DNA of 64,000 bases. Origin: the human T2T-CHM13v2.0 reference genome, Homo sapiens. The notes under the pieces were generated by a model. That model saw nothing but the letters and a program-made list of their open reading frames with translations, had not been told where the DNA came from and ran no database searches. The translations under genes and the position numbers were made by a program. Shown here piece after piece: positions 49,601 to 64,000 of this stretch. Positions within the stretch are counted from its first letter, which is position 1, and each line of letters starts with the position of its first letter. The stretch is from the NCBI RefSeq assembly GCF_009914755.1, contig NC_060929.1; one strand, given 5' to 3'.

Positions 49601-50822
49601 CTAGCAGCGAAGTTGTCATGTGGTCAGACTCAGGACCTCTGGTTAGCCAGGATGTGGCAGGCAGTGGAAATAGCTGTTGTTTTCTCCTTTCTTGGAGCAC
49701 GGTTTTTCTTTTATGAGTTGCTGTAATGGCTTGAGTTGGTTGGCCACCAGCCAGGAGGTGGCGCTTTCAAGACAGCTTCAGCTGCAGTAGTATAGGGGGG
49801 ATACAAGCTTGTCCTAAGGTCACTTGGATAAGTATTTGGGTTTCTTAGGCAATTGGCAGGGGTCATAGAGCTCCCAAGAGATTATGTCTTTTGTCTTTGG
49901 CTACGAGGGCAGGTACAGAAAGACCATTAGGTGGGGGCAGGCTTAGGCATATCTAAGCTCAGACTCCCCTTGGGAGGGGTTTGCTATGGCTGCTGTGGGA
50001 GATAGGGGTGTGGTTCTCAGGCCAATGGAGTTATGTTCCCAGGGGAATTATGGCTGCCTCTGCTGCATATACAGGTCACCAGGGAACTGGGGGAAAGCAA
50101 ACAGCGACAGGCCTCACCTAATTCCCACACAGTCAGCAAGGCCAGTCTCACTCCCAGTGTGCCCCACCAAAAGTACTGAGCTTACAGCCAGGCAGCTGGT
50201 GAGCAGGGCTGATATCTTGCCTCAGGCGACAAGCCTCCTCACTGAGAGAAAGCAAGCAGGGCTTTCAGGGTTTGGCCTCCCCACCTGCCAAAGCTTCTGT
50301 GCTGCACTTCCCATTCACTGCCCCTCCACTCCTGGATATTGCCCTAGAAAATTTACATTCAGTCAAAATTATTACAAAGTTCACTGGAAGTTTCCTTTTC
50401 CTTGCGGTCTTTCCCCAATCCCACTGGCAGCCCTCCCCAAGGACACCTTGAGATAAAGTCAGAAATGGCTTCCCTAGGTACCAGGAGTGCCTACAGGGCT
50501 CTTCTTGCAGTTTCTTCTACTTTTGTGTTTCGCTTGGCTCTCTAAATCCATTTCAGCTCTAGGTAAGGTTATATCCTTCTCCCATGATCTGGATTTTCAG
50601 GTTCCCCAGTGAGGATATGTGTTTGAAGGTAGACTTTCCCCCTCTCACACTTTGGGAACTCATAGTTTTTTGGCTGCCTCATGAAGTTTGCAGTGACAAG
50701 CCACTTCTTTCAAACAGTCTGTGAATTCTTTTGGGTTTCCTGGTATGTTCCTGTGGTAGTATTAGGAGCAAAAGTTCCCGATGTGAGTTTCCACATGCTG
50801 TGCTGTCTGTCTGAGTGGGAGC
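46700..50822 (-). mobile_element. L1PB-like element (5'UTR, ORF1, part of ORF2) with several internal deletions
   Basis: ORF1/ORF2 peptides in the ORF track (46717-49257); long GC-richer 5'UTR to about 50822. Confidence 0.75.
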
Positions 50823-53890
<3,068 letters not shown>

Positions 53891-54546
53891 AGGAAGAGAC
53901 AAATGGAATTGGAGTGCAACCAAAAGTCTCTATTACTTGAATATTCTCAAACAAAAGATCCTATTCCACTTTTTTACTAGTACCTTCTTGACTTCCATAA
54001 TTCACAATAGCCACTTTAAATCACACTTCTAAACATCATAGGGTATAAATAAATATTTCTACAATTGTTCCCCTTTCAGAGACTACACATCTCAGAACTA
54101 CAGCTATTTTAATATAAGTGAGGTTTGGATCTCTAATTTCAGACAACTGCTTTTCTAAGCAAATAGTATTGCCCTCCACCTGAGAAGAGCGTGCAGTCAC
54201 CTACTTGGATACTTACTGAAACAAACTGAAACAACTATCCTACTCTCATGTGCAGCCACAATACTGTGACTATGTGAAATTTAAAAAAAGACATAATTGA
54301 TAATTAGAAAAAATACAGAGGAAGAAGTAATTAGCTCAGGCACAGATTAAGGAAGCTTGCAGAAGGCCATCAATAGAAGGGGAATCCTAAGAAGGAGTCT
54401 AAAAGATGCCCATCAGCTGGGGAAGAAGGAAAAGAATATATTGGAATAATGGAAGCAAAAGAGAGTCTGTTATAATGGGGTTACTGAAATGCTTTCAGTA
54501 TTGTGAAAGAGAAAAATGGGAAGAATAGACAGAAGATTAAGGTTAG

Positions 54547-55919
<1,373 letters not shown>

Positions 55920-56363
55920 AACCAAGAGAGTTACATGGTAATACTTGCATTTCAGAAAAATTACCCTGGTAGCTATGTAGAAAAGGGATCTGAGAGGAGA
56001 AATACTAGAGGCTAGGAGGTTAGTGGAGAGAACTGCAATCCAGAAAAAAAAAATAATATCCTAGATTAAGTTAAGGGAACAAGGAAAATAAAGATAGGAC
56101 AGGTTCAAGAGATAATTGGCTAACTTTAAGAAATCACTTATTGTATGCAGCCACTGATCTAAATATCTAACAAGTATTAACACATTTATTTATTTACAAC
56201 ATTCCTATGAAGTAGGTACTAATTTACAAATGAAGACTCTGAGGTTACATAAATATGTAACCAGAATACAAACACTCATATTTTTTGACCTCAGGTAACA
56301 AAATTGATAGAAATTGGGAACTGGATACAGGACCAGTAGAGCTTCTTATCACACCTAATAGGT

Positions 56364-56727
56364 TCCTATGGCCTGAAGGTTTGTGTCCGCCAAAATGATA
56401 TGTTGAAACCTAATCACCAGTATTATGGTATTTGGAAGTGGGGTCTTTAGGGAAGTGATTAGGTCACGAGGGTTAAGATCTCATGAGTGGGATTTGTGCA
56501 CTTATATATGAGGCCCCAAAGAGCTTCCTTTCACTTCTACCATATGAAGATATAGATAGAAGAAATCACCTATGAACTAGACAGCAGACCTTCATCAGAC
56601 ACTGAATCTGCTGGCACCTTGATCTCAGACTACCTTGCCTCCAAAACTGTGAGAAATAAATTTCTGTTGTTTATAAGCTACTCAGTTCATGGTATTTTTG
56701 TTATAGCAGTCCAAATGGACTAAGATA
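56364..56727 (+). mobile_element. MLT1A-like LTR
   Basis: tatgttgaaacctaatcacc...aatggactaagata. Confidence 0.75.
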
Positions 56728-57373
56728 TAAGTATTGAGTAAAAGGTAGTGAAAAGAAATAAATGACTAGATACTGTACAGAACAGTTTAATTCCTTGCAT
56801 TGATTTCATGTGTTCCAAATGTAGAATTTTCTAGAATACATAAGTCCTGTAGAAATTTTTGTTTGTAGTATTTCCTTTAAAAGTTTCTGAACAGAAGACA
56901 GAACTAGAGTCCCATATGATAAACTGTGAGCTAATTTCAGAGTTCTTGAAGTAGAACCCTCCCAATGCCTCACTCAGAACATGATTCTGACTCTCAACCA
57001 GAACATACTTATATACACGAACATTCTCTAATGAAAGAGATGAAAAAAATTACCTTTATTTGCTCCCTACTTTTTCTTGTCAGCTCTGACCAACAAGTGG
57101 CTTCTCTAATTATTAAAGAGACCCAACAGTTGGGCTGCTTATCCAGGGAAGTGTGGGCTCTTCATAGACGGAGCTGAAGTTGGCTGAAACCATCATCTAC
57201 TGCTCCTTTACTACAAGGGAAAGTATTCATTTCCAAGCCTCTAGCAACACATTCACAGATTGGCCCCATAATTAACTAAATAGGCCCCATCATTTAGGAG
57301 GTTCCTAGTCCTGAGTATCATTCCTGTCAGAGAATCATCTTTTCTAGCCTGTTTGCTGGGAGAGAGAGAAAGA

Positions 57374-57741
57374 CTATTTATAAAGCCAAACTTATCTTTG
57401 ACGTGAATCAGCACATTAACATGCATTTCAAAGTAGCATCAACGAACTATATTCTAGCCTCTCAGCCCCCACTTGTTCTGAAAAACTAACCAAGCCCGCA
57501 CTGTTTCATTTGCATCCCATCAAGCCCTCCATTATCTGCTACAGGCTGGAGAATCCAGCTGTTGAGGGGAGAATTCCACTGGCTCCCAGATTCTCTCGCC
57601 AAGAGATATGCTGAGTCAGCCCTAACGCTATATAGGCACATATCTCAAGAGTAAATCCTAGCTTCTGCCCTTAAGATGCTCACCTTCTAGAGAAGAGGCA
57701 GATTCATAAAATACTATATAGACACTCCATAGTAGGTAAGC
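57374..57741 (+). promoter_or_regulatory. Candidate enhancer/promoter motif cluster
   Basis: MEF2-, GATA-, CRE-like, octamer, E-box, kB-like and MARE/AP-1 motifs, a TATA-like box and a downstream splice donor in non-repeat DNA. Confidence 0.3.
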
Positions 57742-57844
57742 TACCTCCAGGTATATATTTCGTTTTTCTTTTATATTTATTTTTTTCTTAACTACCAATT
57801 TCTCAGCAGGAAACAATCTTTACTAAAATCTTGAAGTCAGGTGA

Positions 57845-58021
<177 letters not shown>

Positions 58022-58939
58022 TGATTCTCATCAAATAACAAAGAACTTATTGCTGAAATGAAGCTTAGAGGTTATATAGTTCAGTGACGGGAGAGCAGGG
58101 GTGCGGCTAAACAGCAGAATCAGTGGAGATTTCTTTGAGAAAATCAATATGGAGACCTTGAGAGAGATTTGATGCATCCTCCTAAGGAAGCATGACTCCC
58201 AGTCCCAAGACAGAAAATTTTACTGGTTCAGTTTATTACTATTGTCCTTACTAGGCAGGGATTTCAGTTCAGGCCATATCAAAAGCCTGTGCCTACAGCT
58301 TGATATTCTGACAAACCAGCTAGGATCACATGAACGTCTAGTAGCTACCAAAAACCTTAATATTCCAAAATTAAATCAAATTTCTTCAAAGAAGTTGAAG
58401 ACATAATAGACACTCAGAGACAGAGAGTCTCCTAATATTCATAAAACTGATTTAATTCTCAAAATAACCCTATTAATGGGGGTGGGGGAGGCCTACTAAG
58501 GTTGACAAGATTTAAAAATCCATTTCTCTTTGTTAATAAAGCATAAGAGACTATTCTTTGGAAGGAGCTTGGGAATAGGCTATGGAGGAGTAAAAGTCAA
58601 TGCCACCATATTTTTTGCAATTTCTAGGTCTATATTGATGAAGGAGTAGCAAAGTATTTCCTGCAGAGTTTCAGGTGTACACAGCATGGACATTCTTCTA
58701 TTATTTAATCCCTGTATAATTATACTAACAAAGTTACCCAACTGTGGATATTTTCTATTTCCAAACAAAAACCTGATTGCAGTGTTGATAATACGCAATT
58801 CAAATAAAAAATTTCAAGGTGCTGGGCATAAACGAGACAAGTGAGGAAAAGCAAATAAATCACAAATTAAAAATAAATATATAGTAAGTTAGTTGAAATT
58901 AAGAACTATGTAGACAAATAAAGTAGAATATGAAGGATT

Positions 58940-59453
58940 TAGAAGTCAGCTTCCCAAATGGTCCTCAGTGATTCTTGCCTGTTGGTATGCATGCCTTTGT
59001 GTAGTCCTCTGCTACACTGAATAGAGATGACCTATATAACCAATAGGGTTTTGCAGAAATGATAAGGGCTAGGTCATAAAAGACACTGAGCTTTCCCTTT
59101 ATTCTGGCCTGGGATCACTCATGCTAGTGGAAGCCCTCATGTCATGAAGAGACTTGTGCAGTCCTATGGAAAGAGCAACATGGGGAAAAGCTGAGACCTC
59201 CAACCAAAACTAGCATCAACTTTCCAGGCATGTGAGTGAGATAACTTGGAAGTGGATCTTTCAGCCCCACTCATGACTTATGGTTGTTTCTTCAGCTGAC
59301 CTCGCTTGCAACATGACTAGAGGGCCTAAACAGAATCACTCAGCTAAGCCACTACTAAATTCCTGATCCACAGAAATGGAGACAATATATATTTATTGAT
59401 TTAAACCTCTGAGTCTAGGGTAATTTGTTATTCAATAATAAATAACTAATATA
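58940..59453 (+). mobile_element. MLT1F-like LTR inside an L2 (about 58810-60010, minus)
   Basis: ggctaggtcataaaagacac...gggtaatttgttat...aactaatata. Confidence 0.7.
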
Positions 59454-60149
59454 GGGAATAAGAGCAACTGTGATAGGAGGGAGTATTATATAAGAGATGG
59501 CCAGTGAAAAAACTCTGATAAGTGATACTGAGCATAGATCTAAAAGCAAGTAAAGGAAATAAACATCTGAAAGAAGTATATTTCAGGCAGAGTAATCAGT
59601 GAGTACAAAGGCTCTGGGGCAGAACAGTCCTTCAGAGCTTTTTGAAGTAGAGAGTGAAGAAGGTGAGGTTAAAGCAGCAGTGGGACAGATGGGCAGATCA
59701 CTGTGAAGACTTTGGCTTTTACTCTTGAAGAGATGGAAAGATATTAATGGCTTTTGAACAGAAGAGTCACATGATCTGACTTAAGCTCACTATGACTCCA
59801 GTGTTAAGAATAGTTTACAGGAAAGCAATAGTAAAAGCAACAGCATCAATAAAAAAGGTGGTGCAACAATCAAGTACAAGATGATAGTAGCTAGGATCAG
59901 GGAAATAAGAGTGGAAGGAAGTGATTGGACTTCAGTATAAATTGTTTGATAACTGCCTCCCAGCCTCTGCATAAGCCCTCTGTTCTCAAAAGGAGTAGGC
60001 TAAAGTTCTCATCTTTTGGAGAAATTGGGGAAACATGGAGAAAGGAGTGAACCAAGACAGAAAAATAGTAATCAACTTTGAGAAGTGAAGAGGCAAAGGG
60101 TGAGTCTCTGAATCCCAAAGAGTCTCTTGGCTATTTCTCACTAATGTCT

Positions 60150-62830
60150 TTTATAGAAATATAATTTTTTCCTTGCCCAGGATCCAATTCAAGATTATAT
60201 ATTGGATTTAGTTGTCAGGTCTCCTTTATTCTAGAACAATGTCTCAGTCTTTAATAACCTTGATATTTTGTAGAATACCCCTCAGTTTAGGTTTGTCTGA
60301 TGTTTCTTCAAGTATAGATTCACATTTTTGCTTTCGGCAGGAATAACAGAAAATATGTGTCTTCTAGGTACATCATAGCTGGAAGTACATGACATTTGTC
60401 CTATCACTAACAATGCTGACTTATATTATTTGGTTATGATGGTGTCTGAAAGTTTGTCCACGATAAAGTTACTATTTTTCCTTTTGTAATTAATAAGTAT
60501 CTTATGGGGTGATACTTTGAGATTATGTAAAAACTTGTTTCTCATCAGCATATTTCCACTGACTAATTTGATGATTCTTGACTGAAACATTTATTACTAT
60601 GGTGGATGTTTCAATATTTTTTGCTAATTCCATCATTCATCTATATTTACTACTTAATATTTTACTATTAGACAGAGTGCTCCTTTACCCTATTTATATT
60701 TATTTATGTGTTTATATAAAAAACTCATGACTTTTAATCTAACTATCATTATTTATTTTGATGCTCAATTGTCCAAAATTTGGTCAGTGAGGGCTCTTTA
60801 AACTAGTTCCAATGCCTTTTTGTCATGTCTCTGTCACTATTTGATCACTTCCTTAGTTAACAGCACACAAAAAGATGTTCTAATTGAACTTGAACTTTCT
60901 CTACACCAGCCCGGGAACCAGTCATTTTTTTTAAGGAACCCCTATTCCTTTTAGTAAACAATGGTATTTAGAAACTACATCTGGATGGCAGGGATGCTCG
61001 ATGGTATTAAATGGTATTGTTTCTAGGTTATCTTGGTGAACAAAGATAGAACACGCCCCCCCCACACACACACAGATCTGTTTCTATTTACATATATTTT
61101 ATTATATGTTTTAAAGCCATGAGTTCATAATGGCATCTCAAATTCTAACGTAACATCAAAAACTTCATTCTAGTCTCCACTTTATGTATCCGTAACTTGC
61201 TTCTTTGATAATAAAAAAACTTGTCTCACATACTACTATGTATTACTCTATACTAGAATACACTTCAAATAGTTTCAGAATTGCTAATTTATACCCCTGT
61301 GATATGGTTTGGCTATGTCCCCACCCAAATCTCATCTTGAATTGTAATAATCCCCATGTGTCAAGGGCAGGGCCAGGTGGAGATAATTAAATCATGTGGG
61401 CATTTTCCCTCATACCATTCTCATGGTAGTGAATAAGTCTCACGAGATCTGATAGTTTTATAAATGAGAGTTCCCCTACACAAGCTCTCTTGCCTGCCAC
61501 CATGTAAGACATGCTTTTGCTATGATTTGCTTTTCGCCATGATTGTGAGGCCTCCCCAGCCATCTGAAACTGTGAATCCATTAAACTTCTTTTTCTTTAT
61601 AAATTACCCAGTCTCTGGTATGCCTTTATTAGCAGCATGACAACAGATTAGTACACCCTGTGAAAAATAAACCTACTAACTAGAATAATTGTTTGCTTAA
61701 AGTTCTTTTTGTCTGTAACCTGAGGATATATAATCAAAATACAATGTTCAAAGCTCTTTAAATGAGTCTGCTCCCTTCCCATTCAGTATAGTTATGTTAT
61801 CCATTTGAAATACAATTAGCCTCATTTATCCTGTTAGTATTCCATCATCCCCCCACACCCTATTGATTTCATCCATTCCTTCATTTATTTTAGGATGTGC
61901 AACATCATCTTGGTACTAAATGTCAGAAGTATACAAATACGTATAGAGAACTATCTCTCCCCCGAACCCATGTATTCTACCTCATTCCTTCTCTCTCTCT
62001 TGCTCTCACTCTCATATTCCTAATCATCATTGGTGGCAACTAGCTCATTATTTTTTAGTTTTAGTTTATGTTCCTTGTGTTTTTCTCTGTACAAATAAGC
62101 AAATATGTATACATTTCTATTTCCCTTTTCCTTAAATAAAAATTATAGGTGTTAGATGCTCTTTTGCATTTTGCTTTCTAAAAATTCATAAAACAGTATA
62201 CCACAAGTTATTCTATATCAGAATAGAGGTCTTCCTTATTCTTTTTAAGCTGTATAGTACTACATTGGATGAACAGTCTCTAATTTGCTCAACTTCTCTC
62301 CTACATAAAGGCATTTAGGTTATTTCCAATATGTTGCAATTACAAAAAAATGCTGTAGTAAACAACTTTATGCGTGCATTTTTTTTTGAATTGTTGAATG
62401 AAAATCTTCAGAATAAATTCCTAGAAAAGGTGTCTGCATTGAAAGGTAAATGTCTAAATACTTTTACTAGATACTGCCAAATTCCCTCTCCAAAGGCTGT
62501 ACCAATTGGCATGTTTGAGGTTGTCAGTATGAGAGTGCCAGATTACATATAACCTCGCCAACAAATGTGTTGCCATACTTTTTAGTTTTTTCCAATCTGA
62601 GAGATGAAAAATATATTTCTGTAGTTTCAATTTGCACTTCTATATTATCAGTGAGGCTGAATAACTTTTCAAATACTTAAGGGTCAATTTTATATCTCTT
62701 TTTGTAAATTGTTCATATCTTTTCTACCAAGCTTTTGGTGTTTCTTCTCAATTTTAATAGTTCTTTATACATTAGGGATACTAGCCCTTTATTTGGCTGT
62801 ATATTGCAAATAATTTTTTTCAGTTGTCTG
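60150..62830 (-). mobile_element. Old L1MC/ME 3' regions
   Basis: caggatccaattcaagat...tagttgtcaggtctcc antisense L1MC-type motifs. Confidence 0.55.
61300..61655 (+). mobile_element. THE1 solo LTR
   Basis: tgatatggtttggc...gtaca; perfect TSD ccctg. Confidence 0.92.
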
Positions 62831-62849
62831 TTACCTTCTTATTTATCAG

Positions 62850-64000
62850 TTTTTAATGATCCTTTAATTCTCACGTATAAAATATACTACCAAGAGCTTA
62901 TTTCTCTTTCCTATTTACCTTTACCTCTCTTTTATCCTCTCTCTTTTGTTTGCATCATTACACTGTCAGAACATGTAATATTTCTACATTATACTTATAT
63001 CTTTGTACCCATATTTCTTTTAATCTCATATCTATGATAAAATCTAGTAGATGTTTACCATATACCCCATTTCTGAAGTTTTCCCAGTTGTCCCTTTATT
63101 TAGAAAAAAAACCATCCCTAGTAGACTTTACCTATTGTTCTAAGATCTGAATAAAGAATCCCCAATGCAAAATTTCTTCCTAGTTCCACACTCCCCACTC
63201 TGCACAGTTGCTCTATTGCTGTCTTACTTTGTATGTTGTTTTGGAGAAGTCTGACTCCAGTCTATGTTTTCCTCCTTGTAAATCATTTAATATTTTTGGT
63301 AGGAGGGCTTAAGAAAATTATTTTTTAGATTTCAAAATCTAATAGTTTTACTAGGATGTGCCTCAAAGTTCACCATTCCAGGTTGATTTTTCCAGCTACC
63401 CACTGAGCTCTTACTATATGCACATACAGGTCTTCATTTATTTCTGGAAAGTGTTCTCGAATTAAAGTTTTAAATATTAGCCCTGTTCTATTGTTTTCTT
63501 TTTCTGCTTCAGGGACTATAGTTTTTTTTATTATTATTATTTCGATAGTTTTTGGGGGACTGGTGGTTTTTGGTTACATGGATAAGTTCTTTAGTGATGA
63601 TTTCTGACATGCTAGTGTACCCACAAAGACTATAATTAATATGTCTTCTTCTTTGCCTGTCTTCCATTTCAGCCACTTCTTTTCTGTTCCATTTTACTTT
63701 TCTGTGTGTCACTTTTCAATATCTTTTATGTTTTCCTACTTCAATATACCATAAAATTTTCATTTCAGTCTGTCCTCCCTTAGGCACTCTTTAATTTAGT
63801 CTTCATATTTATGATAATTTTCTCCTTTTCCTAATTTCTTTCCTGAGTTTAGTCAATCTCTTTTGATTTCTATAGCTTTTTGTCCACTTTGCCTTTAATG
63901 TTTTCATATCAACAAATGCTTAAGAATTCTAAATCAAGTTTGGAGCTTTTTATTACATTTTTCTTCTGCTCCGTGATGCTTTCTGAAGACAAATTTTTAT
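62850..64000 (-). mobile_element. HAL1/L1M-like ancient fragment
   Basis: Degenerate antisense ORF1-like sequence. Confidence 0.4.
63522..63623 (-). mobile_element. Short L1PB/L1MA 3'-end insertion
   Basis: tttggttacatggataagttctttagt; flanked by gactata on both sides. Confidence 0.75.

Overview
Hominoid (probably human) genomic DNA, mostly interspersed repeats; no intact host protein-coding gene is visible. It contains a full-length but disabled L1PA2-like LINE with an intact antisense ORF0, several older L1s, a complete THE1 provirus, many solo LTRs, Alus, Tigger elements, a processed RPS8 pseudogene and a tailless 5S rRNA fragment. Three observations stand out. (1) Removing the insertion at 5250-11527 joins flanks that read on the minus strand as a heavily decayed LRR-TM-TIR (Toll-like receptor-like) gene remnant. 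(2) That insertion has two nested perfect TSD pairs, suggesting an L1 carrying 5' and 3' transductions, or an L1 inside a tiny retrocopy. (3) An old L1 at 38086-41205 has a sense-antisense-sense structure within one TSD pair. Subfamily names come from recalled consensus features, not a database search, and boundaries of old repeats are approximate.
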